Assembly: GCF_018977255.1 (NCBI RefSeq)
Contig: NW_024704743.1
Coordinates: 55,120,001 to 55,184,000, forward strand
Length of the DNA: 64,000 nt
Source: Callorhinchus milii
Lineage: Eukaryota
Direction of reading: 5' to 3'
The translations under genes and the position numbers were made by a program. Within the stretch, counting starts at the first letter, position 1; every line of letters starts with the position of its first letter. Below the pieces are notes generated by a model. The model ran no database searches. It saw only the letters and a list, made by a program, of their open reading frames with translations, and was not told where the DNA came from. This document shows, in pieces, positions 11,821-24,700 of the stretch.

Positions 11821-14139
11821 CTCATTCATTCATCTTACCATAGTGTAGAAGAGGTAATGCTGTCTTTCGGAATGCACTTGGTTTGATTGGATTTCAGTTC
11901 AGTTCCAGACATCTTTTGGGAACTTCCAACTTAGTGCATCAATTGTTCAGCTCAATCTTTATTGAATGAACAATATGATACAAGTCTACAGTTATACAGG
12001 CTTTTCATGTCAGGATGATATCCTAAAGTGCTGACCAGTCCAGAGTTGGCACCCGAGCTTGAGGAGGGGGTGGTGGGGCTCAACAGCCAGTGTACAAACT
12101 GTTCCCTTCAGTCTCACCCATATCATCTCATACCAACCTCACATGGAGTGCTTACAATGGTAGTTGATGTTGTTTTAGCTGGTTAACTACCTGCAGAACC
12201 CTGACACACACTGAATTCCCCAAGCCTTAGCTTTCGCTAATTTAGGCCTAATATTGTCTGAGATTAGGTGAACAATATGCGTCTCTCCGAAAGTGCACTC
12301 CATTAGAGACACAGGGAAATTTCCATCTGGTCCTACACATATGTGGATTTCGCTCACAAGATATACAGTCAATTCACTTTACATATATCTTGTGAAGCAC
12401 TTTGATTAGGTGCTATATCAAATGCAAGGATTATTACTATTATTATTATTATTATTATTATCTCTGAGTCTAGTTTGGATATTCTTAAACATGGTTTTCA
12501 CATGTGTCAAGACACCTGGCTAACCCAAACTAAATAATGATGCTTACATCTTACAAAATGATCTATGAAGCCTAAAATATTATTTGGAAATAATACTATA
12601 AAATGTTTTCCTCTAATCAGTGCTAGTGATGTGTAATATCCAGACATAACATTATATGATATGCATCTCCATTCATGATGGAACAGAAACTTGGTTGATC
12701 CAAATCTATACTTAGGATGTACACTTCTACTAGCTGGTAAATTTATTGACAATGAGCACTCACAATGGGATAGTGGAATTTCACCTCCCCACCCTTGAAG
12801 TCTCTGAAAGCTAAATGTAAGGTGACCATATGTTCTGAACAAGCTGTTCTGGACCACTGGTCAAAAAGTTGTCAATCATTTCCTTCTTTCCTCAAGACCA
12901 CCACTGAAACTACCAGTGACAGACCTCACAGGCAGATATCCCGCTCATCTGCTAAGGGGATGATGACAAAGATTGAAACACAGAACCCCAAAAGCTATTA
13001 AAACATACTTAAACACACAGTCCTTCATGCAGCTGGAAGCATCACCAGCCGAAAAGAGAAAGATAAAGGCATGCAACTTTCATAGTTTTGTTAGGTCACT
13101 GCCAAGATAATATTGCTTATATGCACAGACAGAAAAGATTCTCCATCTATCACAACTATTGCTCCAGCATCTTAATGATGCCGAGAAACAGAGAGATACA
13201 ACTATCTGCAATTTGATGTAACTGCAAAAACATATATGTTTCACTCTTCTGGTTACATTTATTTGCTTATAAATACACTTTACAGGAAAACTCTGCAAAG
13301 TACTTTGAGAAGTTAACATGCCAAGGCGCTGTATCAAAGCAAGGATTATGACTACTACACTGGAGCCTCATTATAAGGCAGTTCCAGGGATCCATAAACT
13401 TCCAATCCGTGACTTAATTGGTGACTTAATGATATGGAACGATTCTAACACATCAGCAATAAGGCAGCTGGACAAGCAGGTAAGCTGGTTGTATGCATTC
13501 TCAGTGAATAGAACCCACAGTGCAACCGCATTACAATCAAATTCACGCCATCATGAAGAGCGTTATAATGGCTATCAAAAAAATTAGTGCGTTATAGTGG
13601 CTATCTAAAAAAGCACTTTATAAACTCATTAATGTTACAACAACACAAATGTTTTGTGCAAATTCACGATATTTTGATAGCTTTACTGTGAACATCATTT
13701 TGCATCAGAATACAAGTGAGATGAGAGCATACAGTTAACAAAATAACAAAAAGAATTACGCAAAAAAAAACAAATCATTACACATAGAGTAGCTGGAATG
13801 TAGACTTCTCTGCCACAAACCACTATTGGAGGCAGAGTCCGCAAATTTTTCAAAAAGGGAACGTTTGAAAAAAGGAATGTTAGGAGATTAATATTTTAGG
13901 GTGTGAGCGGGAGAGTGGGGTTATAGCATTCTTCTCACATAGAGAAAACCACCAGTGTAGATTCGATGTGCCAAATGATCCATTTCTGTGCGGCAACATT
14001 CTATGATCCCATGATCTTAAGTGACTGAATGCATTCAAATTTTGATCAGGTATGTTTTTGAACCTTCTATAATGAAGGAAAGCCAAACAGGTGTTGCAGG
14101 ATCGTACATGTTGTGAACACTGGAAACGTTTACACAGCA

Positions 14140-14684
14140 GAACAATGCCTGGCAATGGAATGTCGGAATCAAGCCAACCCTCTGTGGCAGTCTCGGGTAG
14201 TCCAGCTCCCCGGCCAAGCGGGTCCGCAGTATTCAAGGGCATTGCTGATGACAGCACAGCCAGCCTGGCTCTTCAGCCGGACCTGGAAGGGCAGACCAGT
14301 CAGTGGGGCAGGAAGTCATCCGACTTAGCTCTTGTTAACCCTGCGAGCCAAAGCCCTCGGGTGTACGGTGAATCTATCTGGATAAGCAGCAGGAAACATC
14401 AAGTGGCAAGCTATCCAGTTTTAGCTGGTTAGACTCCAGCAGTACCCCAATGTACACTCTGGACCCCAAACCTTGGCTCTCGGCAAACTGCGCCTAATAC
14501 TTACCGGAATTAGGTGAGCAGGATGTATCCTTCCAGGGAGAGAGTGCGCATTCCATTCCAACAATCTACCTCTGGGATTTCCATGTGTGGGTGGGAGGCA
14601 TGGACTTCTCAGTTTGGCTGCGATACGCTTAAGCATGGTGATGGGTTTCCGCATGTGTCAAAGACACCCGGCTGACAAAAAAAA
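14140..14684 (+). repeat. Unidentified interspersed A-tailed repeat ('family B'), well-preserved copy
   Basis: Collinear with 245-1062 and 37165-37766. Ends GATACGCTTAAGCATGGTGATGGGTTTCCGCATGTGTCAAAGACACCCGGCTGAC(A)n. Confidence 0.85.
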
Positions 14685-16816
14685 TCCCCATCAAGCCTAT
14701 TTTCCCATCACATTTCCCCACCTGTCCCTGTACTCCTTTATAATTGTACTTCCAAAATATCTATCCATGGATAGCCTTCCTTCCTCTTCGCTCCACTCTT
14801 AAGTGGTAGTTGAGCTGTTCATAAAATTGCTGTCGTATAACGGTGCACAGTCAAGATTAGCCACCATCAGCGCTTTCGCACAATGACGTCAATAAGCACA
14901 TGAACGGTCATGTCACTGCACATGGGCTCTGAATGCCAGTTCTTGCTGTGTGCCCCATGCCATTGGCCACATCACACTTCATGTCGTAATTCAGGTGGGA
15001 TCTCATTCAAATCTCATCAGGTGCTGTGACCTTACTTGAATCGGTGACAATAGGATTTGAAGCCTGATTTGAAGTGTGGAGTCAGGATTCGGGATTTTTT
15101 AGGTAAGAAGATATCAGTGTCCATACTGCAGTGAATCTGCGTTCTAATGAGGAATGTTAGAGTGGGGTTCTCCTGCACCTCCCCGATTGGTTCCATCTCC
15201 AGAGCCTTCAGGGGCGGTGCTCTCCACATCTCACAACCCTCTGCCTGAAGAAATGTTTAGAAATGTAATTTTGTTGTTGACGTTGTTTCCTCATCTCACT
15301 TCTAACTTTACAGCTTCTTAGTTCTCATTTTAATTAAGGAAAACACCTGATAAATCGTCACTCCAAGGAAAAAGGGCTCAGCAACTAGTTATCTGGAGTG
15401 CTTGCTAGGCATAGGTCCTCCCGGGCCACAAGGGGCGCTGTGACTGGTCCTGCCCTAAGTGGAGGCTGATCGCTGAGATGCACCGCATTGGCCTCTTCTC
15501 TATTGGAGGGTCTCGCTGTGGCCTCCCGCCCTATCCTCTCGCAGAAAATGTCCATCCCCAAAACATAACTGCTAAGTGAAAGTGCACCACTGTTAAATAA
15601 TCAATGAGCTGCAATTGTTTCCATCTATGCATTCGTACCACACAAAATATTTAGTCAACAAGAACAATAACAACCAACAACAAATTGCATTTACATAGTG
15701 TCTTCCACATCAGGAGGATGTGAAAAACACTATGTAAAGATACTTGACAGTTGACGGATCAATAGTTGTTGGTTACACACAGAAAAAAACAAGATCCCAA
15801 AGAGTTTTATCTGACATGGTAAAAGTACAGCACGCTTTTCCAGTAACCCTTATTTTAAAAGACACATGCTGGGAGGAACAAAGAGCTCTATTCAGATGTC
15901 TTGTATAACGCTGCCAGCGATAAAGTAGATAATCAAGAAATTTAACACCATTAAAGTTCGGGGTGGTGGTGGGTGTGAGTAGAAGGAGGGGGGTGGGAAG
16001 AGGAGAGAAAGGAACAAAAAGATATGATCATGATATACTGCTATATATTTGTGGATACTAACCCAAACTACATGGTTGCAATTAATGACATTCAAAATGA
16101 AATGGACTATTTTTGGCAGAAGGAAGCCTGTTCCATGCCCTTTCAAAATCAGTACACACAAGGGACTACAACAAATGTACACACTAGCTTGGAAGTCTTT
16201 TGCTGAAACAGCTTCAAAAGTGCCCTGATATCAATCAAAATGCAGAGAAAGAATCTGGCAAAGGAAGCCTAATGACTCCGCTTGAATTATACAGTACAAT
16301 TCTCAGATAGAGTCTAGGATTTATCAAAATTTGTACCATTTATTATTCAACATGCAGTACACCACGGCATTGAATATTTCATACTTCCCCCTTTCTGCTC
16401 CTAATCCATGCAACATGAATAGTTTTGCCAGTTTAACAGCAAAAATAACAAGGAGGGAAATAAGTAGTGTTATCGACATAAACTTTCACACATTCATTAA
16501 CTGATAAAATGAGTCCTGTTGCTACAAAATTAGAAAGCATCATTCAAGACAAATTTGGAGAAAATACACTTTGGTGCAATAACCCTAGCTGACATCTGTT
16601 AACTCATTCAAACAGAAATAATCCTGTTTATATATTCACTGTACAGGTGAAGTATCATTGCTCCACGATATCTGAAGGACAGATTTACAGTTTACAATAA
16701 TACTTGCATTTGATATAGCGCCGTCAAGAAACATCTCAAAGTACTTCACAGGATTTTACTATGAAGTGTAGTGACTGTGTATTTGTAGGCAAACAATTTG
16801 CGCACAGCATTATCGT

Positions 16817-17129
16817 GGAGTCCTGTAGCTTAGTGGTTAGAGCACTCGCTTTGCATGCAAGAGACCCGAGTTCAATTCCAGGCAGGGCGAAACCTTGGGC
16901 AAGTTTCCTTACTCCACACGCCTAATAATAATCCCTCCAAAACAAAACAATAATAAATTAGTCATTTTCAATCTACGACTGTTTGTGGGACATTGCTGTG
17001 CGCAATTGGCTGCCGCGTTCGCCCACAAATATACAGTCAATTCACTTTACAGTGTGTTCTGTGAAGCGCTTTGGGACGTCCTCCCGACGTGAAAAGCGCT
17101 CTATCAAATGCAAGGATTATTATTATTAT
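16817..17129 (+). mobile_element. tRNA-derived SINE, short variant, full length
   Basis: Head GGAGTCCTGTAGCTTAGTGGTTAGAGCAC (A box) and GAGTTCAATTCC (B box), a truncated CORE-like CCTTGGGCAAGT segment, an L2-type tail and (ATT)n. Flanked by an ATTATC direct repeat. Confidence 0.93.
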
Positions 17130-18499
17130 ATTATCCCACAAACTACCATGAGGTGAATGACCAATTTTATTTGGTGATTTGGGGCAGGAGACGAGAAGAA
17201 ACTCGTTTCTCTTTTCGACTAATGCCACGGGATCTTGAAAGTGTACCTGAACAGCAGAAGGTACCGTTGGTTTAACAAATCATCTGAAGCACATTTCTTT
17301 TAATACTGAACAAAATATAATGATCACTATATAGTGATCAAATGTTGAGCAAAATTGATTAAAGGGAAATGAAACCCAAACATGCAATAAAATATGCCCA
17401 ACTTGTGTGTCAATATTGTTTTAAACCTGGGAGTGTTGCCAAGTGTACCAACTTGCTTTAAGTTCAACGGTTTGAAAGAAACCCTTTCTGGTATGGTTTA
17501 GGATGTCTACAAATAACAATCCTTGTGTTTGATATAGATCTTCAATTTATTGATTTGTCAAAGTATCTCAAAGTGCTTCACATGATTTACTGCATCGTAC
17601 AATGACTATTTATGTAGGAGAAAGCAGCAGCTAATTTTTGCACAGCAATACATAGATTACTGGTTGGTAAAACACTCTTGGGGCACAAGCCAGTATTCTG
17701 TATATTGCTGTGCAATGAGCACAAAGTAACCTTCAGTTGTGCGACTACCCCTCATCTGTTGGGTATTGTGCCTACACACAGCATAAAAACAAAACCTGCT
17801 CAATAAAGCGAAATGTAAACAGCTTTTCTTTCAAAAAGCCAACACCTTGGAATGATTTCAAGGCAGTAATCAAACCTCTTGCTTCAGATGGCTTAAAAAC
17901 GCTCAAGCTTCTCTCTTGTGGTTTAGGAAGTCATCTGAGCCCTTTGATTAGATTACTGCCTCGTAAGACTTCCCAGATATCTATTATTTTGCATAGCTCC
18001 AACAGGCAATTCTTTCTGGATCCCCTTACAGTGCAAGGACACAGCTTAATTTTAGCTGTGCACTTCAGTTCAAAACAAGAAACACAAATACAAATCCAAA
18101 CCTATCCACAAGTCAGACACCATCTGCAAGTCTGAAAAGCAAGCCACAATTATTGACCAGCACATTAAAGTTTAAGTATTAGTTCTGTTTTATCAGTCCT
18201 GTGAGTCACAGACTAAAGTCGCATAAACAAGTAGGCCACAGACAGTCAAGAGCCAGAGCCACACCCTTCGTGGTTATTGTCGGACAATGGGATAGTCTCA
18301 GTGAGCTGCAAAGCTTGGTCACACACATACCACATTACAGGAAAGTGTTTTTCCTTGCAAATCTGCCAAACAATGCACAGGACAATTTGACCGTGTGATT
18401 TTTTTAAAACAAATATTTGCTACAGCACATTGGAAAACAGTCCGTAAAAAAGTTGGACTTTGCTGCTAGCATGATGACGGGCACATGAGAAGGATCATA

Positions 18500-19075
18500 T
18501 ATGCTAAATCCCTGCTTGTCGGTCTTCCCAACTCTTCCCTCCACATTATCCAGAACTTTGCAGCTCGTGTTCTCTCCCGCATCTGGCTCCACGACCCTAT
18601 CACCCCCACCCTCGCCCAGCTCCACTGGCTCCCCATTCCCCAGAGGATAGAGTTCAAAATCCTCATCATTGCTTTAAAGCTGTCCATGGCCTTGCTCCTT
18701 CCTACCTCAGTGACTTGCTAACCCCATATCAACCTGTCCTCTCCCTCCACTCAGCGGGCTCTGGCCTGCTGCACGTCTCCCACCAGGCCCACCCCACCAT
18801 TGGCAGTCAGGCCTTCAGCCTTTTTGACCCCACCCCTTGGAACTCCATCCCACAGTCCCTTCACCTCAATCTCTCCCTTGCCTCCTTCAAGGCCTATCTC
18901 AAGACCCTGCTCTTCAACTGCTCCTTCGGTTACCCTCCAAACCCTACCCTCCCTGCTTCTCCATCCTCCCTGATCCCAACCCTCAGCTCGGATCCAATTC
19001 CATGAATGTGCAGCACCTTGGGGCATTCTCCCGACATGAAAGGTGCTCTACAAATGTAATTTGTTTGTTGTTGTT
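18500..19075 (+). mobile_element. L2 LINE 3' fragment
   Basis: SLLVGLPNSSLH-IIQNFAARVL...LHWLPIPQRIEFKILI followed by an L2 tail. Confidence 0.9.
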
Positions 19076-21360
19076 AATGTTATGGCACTTTGCAGAGAGT
19101 CTATGGTGAAATCCAGTGGTGAAGTTTATGGCCCACCCTGTACCAGGCTCTATTTTGACCTTTATTGTCATCCAATGTTGCCACATGGGTGGATTTCATT
19201 TGCAGACACTCAGACTTTGCAAACATATATTTTTAAATAAAAAAAGACCTAAAGACACTTAAGGAGTTACAGTGAAACACCACAATTAATTTCCGGATAA
19301 AAGAGGTAATAGTTTTTTTGCAGTACATGATGTTCTTTTCCATAAATGGTGTGGAAAGAACTTCCTTTTTGGTCTAAAGACGAATCCCTCAAGTGGATTT
19401 GTTAAGCTCTGATTATTGTCTTGTCTCCATTATAATGCAATAGTCGAAAGGTTCAAACAAACCCTAAATTGGAGTTGAGGTACAGATCAGCCATGATTTA
19501 ACAGAATGGAGGAACAGGCTCGAGGGGCTGAATGGCCTACTCTTGTTCCGATGTTCCTATATTCCAACCAGCCTCATAAAAGGGCACAATCACAGGTCAG
19601 TGCTTCCGCAATGCATTACCACTATGCCTGTCCACCATTTGCTCAGAAAGCCAGCCGACTGCATGGGTGTGTTCCACCTGTTCATAATTTGAAGCAATGG
19701 AGTGGCCAGCTTTCTATACATTTTTAAATTGTTTTTAATGTTCTGTAGGCAAAGGCGGTAGACAATTTGCGCTCAGCAAAATCCCACAACAGCCATGTAG
19801 TGAATGACCAATTTTATCTGTGAGATTGCTAGCTAGGTATAAACATTAAACAGAGCACTTCACTCTGGCCGCTGGCAGGATAAGCACTCAGACCACATGA
19901 GCAGGAGGTTGATTCTATAGGCCTCTGGTACTGTAGAACACACCCTCCCCCCACACACCCCTGTAACATAAATAGAGCAGATTCCACAGCAGCATTTCCC
20001 TCAAGGTATCTTTGTGCTGCAGCTACTTGAAATGATCCTGCATCTTGTTTCTTCAGCATTTATACTCCATTTTTTTCGGGAGGGAGTTAGAACTTCACTT
20101 AAAAAGTGCTACCTTACGTATATAATTGCATTATTTGCAAGTTAAGAGCATAAGCTTGAAATTAATTACCAGTATAGGGTCTATAAAGTGGCAGACTTGA
20201 GGGCTGAACGATAGTGCTCACATTAAGTTTACTTTTTTTTTGGTCAGCTGGGTGGTTGGCACATGCTGAAACTCATCACTGTATTCTTAAATGTGACCAT
20301 GGGTTTCTGCATATATCACACACCTGTCTGGCCTGCTTCTTCCATAGACCATGTACCATTTACGTCTCCGCCTCATTCAATTGTCTGGAGGAAATTTTTG
20401 CATAAATACTCCCTGATCCTCCAAAGTAATCAAGGCAAAACTTCAGGGTATCAATTAGTTTTCATATACATTTTGGCTGACTGCCCTGCAGATCTCCCCA
20501 TCCCTCACCTTAGCAGGTGGATACCATGTTGATGAAAGCACAAGAAACCTTAGGCAAGTTTCATCCACATGCCTCTGTTTACCTAGGGTTAATATTACAG
20601 TAATAAATCTGAGTCAATTTAACAATAATATTAGTATTTTTTTCAGCATGATAGTAAAATGACCTGAGATTGCACAGAACTGGTCAGTCAGATACACAAG
20701 TCTAAGAATTAAAGGCACCACGTTCCTGCACAAAATGTACTCAGTACTTTTGTATTCTTCGGTAAGCAGGATAAAAAAAAGAGCAAGACAGCTGCAAGAG
20801 TTTAAGAACTCAAGACCACGTTTGGACATCTAAGCTCCTATTAAAAATTCAGACTTTCATCATTCATTAATACCCACTTTCTTGGCCGATCCAAACTCTT
20901 GTTTAGTGTTGTCGGTCGGATCACTGAAGCTCAACATCTGGAACTCTGATTACAATTACATTTCCACTTGTATTACTACAAAACAGCGAACCCTTCTAAG
21001 CTTTCGAAACACACACCACTCTTTTTCCAGCATATGTGACGCAGATTTCGTTCACATTTTGAAGTACTATATTTTTAAGATTTGACTTACAGTATTCACA
21101 CAACACTGTAAGTTTTAAAAAATATATATACATTGCTTTTTGTCTTGTGAAATGCTATCACAGCATGTAAAGGATTAAAACATTTTGTGGTCAGGGATTA
21201 CAGGGTAGATTCGCGAAGTATGAAATGTTAGATGACCCCAGGAACACCAGCAGAAAGAAAAACATTCCTGTTTGCAGAAAAATAGTCTCATTAATGTTTA
21301 GCAGCTAACACCCGAGCATCACAAATGGAAATGAAAAGCACAACCCTACCTACTGCAACA

Positions 21361-21735
21361 TAATAATAATCCTTACGTTTGATAATAGGGCCTTATCACA
21401 TCTTTAAGACATCTCAAAGCGCTTCACAGAATATACTGTAAAGTGAATTGACTGTATACTTTATTGGCAAAATGCGGCAGTCAATTGTGCACAGCAGCAT
21501 CTGACAAACAGTCGTGGATTGAGTGCCCAAATAATTTTATTTCTATTGAGGGATTACTATCTCCGGAAAAGTGATTCGCCGATCAACTAACAACTAGATT
21601 CCTGCTTACTGCTAGGTAAACAGAGGCTTGTGAAGTAAGGAAACTTGCCCAACATTTCGCCCCTGCCCAGTAATCAAATCCAGATCCTCTGGCTTGCTAG
21701 GCGAGTGCTCCAACCACTGAGCGACAGGACTCCAC
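21361..21735 (-). mobile_element. tRNA-derived SINE, long variant
   Basis: Reverse complement of the family, ending CCACTGAGCGACAGGACTCC. Confidence 0.9.
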
Positions 21736-24700
21736 AACACACAATGCTAAACTAAAACCACTTAATTTGTTCCAACATATTTGGAGAATATCTTTTGGTA
21801 TTAAGTTCTATCTGGGCCCAATCCCTAAAGAATACAGTCAAATGAATTTGCAATGAGCCTGTACTCCAAACCTGACCGGAGAGTTAAAATATGTGATATC
21901 ACTGTTCCCACATCAAAAACAAGAACAGAAAGTCCTTTAATTAGGAAACTATTCCAATCGTTTTAAAGAAATAACATAATTTGAATCAAGCTTGATGAAA
22001 CAAGTCCAGTCCTGGTCATTCCTACATTCCAATACAGTATCCGTTTAACAACAATAACAATCCTTGCATTTGATATAGCGCCTGATCACGTCTTTGAGAC
22101 GTCTCAAAGTACTTCAGAGAATATACTGTAAAGTGAATTGACTATATTTTGTGGGCAAAATTGAACAATATTTCCCATAGCACATAATGCTATGGGAGAC
22201 GGGAGTCTAGATGCTGTTGGGTAGAAATACATGAGGAGTAAGCCTATTCAAGCCAGCCAAAATCAATTGATTGGAGAGGTGAAAGAGCAAACAGATATGG
22301 AATCAATTCTCCAGTTTTTATTAAAAGCAGCATTCAGCTTCTTCAAACTTTGCCTTAATATTGAACAATGAACCGAAGGTAGAGGTAGATACAGTTTGAA
22401 ACAAGCCAAAAGCTCATATTCATGTTAATTATTTCAGATCTGTTCAACTCTTCACCAGCATCATATTGTAGCACACTCCTTCCTCAGATTGGCAATTACA
22501 TTTCAAAAAGAAAATACAGACAAAACTAATAGTTTTGTAATTTGCAAACACTTGGGTATTTGATGAATTATTGAAAAGATTCATTACAAAAGTGTACTAA
22601 CATAAAATATGCTGAGACTATATATAGTGATCTTTTGGTCTTACGAAAATGTAGATGTCCTGTTGGCATAAACGACAGAGGAAAGCTGCATTTCTTTCAG
22701 GAAACAGTAGTCTTCACCAGAGAGTGGGGGCAGAAAGGCTGAAGACCCAACAACCGGCAGTAGTATGGGCCGGGCAGGGGACGTGGAGCAGGCCAGTGCC
22801 TGCCAAGCCGAAGGAACGGGCAGGTTTGTATGCCAGTGGTTAGGACATCCCAAAGCGCCTCACAGGATATACTATACAGTGCAGTGTGTTTTGTGATTCT
22901 TTGCTACATAGTTCACTTACTAGGCCATCCATTCAGTGATGGGGTGAATTTTAACCTTGAAAAGTTTTGGAAAATTCATTTTTTTAAATTTGTTTCTTAA
23001 AACATTTAAGGGGAAGATGTACCCATATGTTCCCAAACTTTCAGGCCACGTTTAAAAGAAAGTTTCAGAATCAGTTAAACAGTAATTTCTTTGGCTTTCT
23101 TTCAACCATCTGGAATTTCTTCCAAAATGGGACCATTTGGACAGAAGCACATTCAATTAGAATATAGAGTAACTGATCGCAATTGTTTCCACAGAGTGAA
23201 ACAACTGAGGTGTAGATAATGATTTTTACAGCATACTGACATTTTAATACAGTGCTGCTCCAATGTAAGAACAGCAGTTTTAGGGTAAAAAGGTTAGGTT
23301 GCCAGGAATATGAAAAAGCCTCAATGTGCTATGAAATTAACTTCCACTACCAAATCTTCCACTGTTATAACATGGAATTACTAACTTGGGCTGGTGTGCA
23401 GAGTACACATTTGCTGATCAAGTTTAAAATCAGTAGGTTGAAAGAGCATTCATCAGGAACACAGTCATGTAAATGGCAACTTGATACTGGAAAAGGCACT
23501 TCAGGATGTAAAGTCCATCTGCTAGAGGATACTTCATGTACATCACATTGACTACCAACATGAACTATATAGGGTGGAGCTGAGTTCTCAGGGGTGGTGT
23601 GAGGTACAAACTGAAGGGTTGCTTTCCAGCACATTTCACCCACAAAAATACAGGGAATTTTCTTTACAATATATTCTGTGAAGCGATTTAAGATGCCTCG
23701 AAGACATGACATGGTCTATCAAATGCAAGGATTATTATTATTATTATCAAGGCACCATTTGCGATGCCATTTTGCTTGACCGATATTTTCTCCAACTCCA
23801 TTGACATTTCAGGTGAATTATCTGGTGTTAGTTATTTTTATATAAAGAATAAATAAGATACGATTATCGCAATAAAAATTGTGCAGCTATTTCTTGTAGA
23901 GAAAAACAGAGATACCTAACCTTTTCATTAAGAGTTTAAAGTTTGCCATGAGCGGATCTCTTGCAACCAGATGTGTTTCTTTAAATTAAATCCGAGGCTT
24001 GTATTCATCAAGCCGCTGCAACAGAAAGTTCCACAGCAGCTATGAAAGACCCAACTGTAATGATGTTTACCATAGTAATGTCAGTCTTGCTGAAATATAT
24101 TCCACTTTTAACACAATGTAAATATTGTATGTTAAATGAAAATTGACTTAAGCAGCCAGTTCATAATTAACACAGCAACAGCAAAGGACTGTTGATAAAC
24201 GTACTTCAAATGCAACTTTAGTCATGGCAGTATTTTTAGAAGCAGAATTGTAGGCTTTAAAAGCTAAATTTACAATAATAGCGAGATATAAAAAACATTA
24301 AACTAAGCAGCTTTGGATAATGCTCATCAATCCAGTGATGCCTTTAATACCTCATTTAATGGTCACATCTATTGAACAGCTTTTTTTGATTTTTGTCTGG
24401 GCACTTGTTGCCACATTGAAGGGTTCAGTTATAGGTTTTCTTCTTCAACTGGATCTATTATGGGAGCTGCTGGCAACACCAATGTAATTCCAAATATGGA
24501 GTTAGAACAATTTCAGTCTGTAACCGCTGACTGTTTGCCAACTTCCAGAATGGGAAATTAGAAACAAAAGTGGTTTTCTTCAAGGACAGTGAGATCTATT
24601 GTGTACTTTAGGCCATGCCACAAACCAACTAGAATCACATTTTATTTTTCCACAACATTTTTTTGTTGGGAACTATTAAGCTGTATAAAAATCTACAACT

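Noticed and set aside
15424..15441. CTCF-like motif GGCCACAAGGGGCGCTG
   Set aside because: One base short of the core spacing and unsupported by other evidence.
16817..16890. tRNA gene-like sequences here and at about 21660-21735, 52007-52080 and 54700-54770
   Set aside because: They have A and B boxes but continue into a SINE body and tail, so they are SINE heads rather than tRNA genes.
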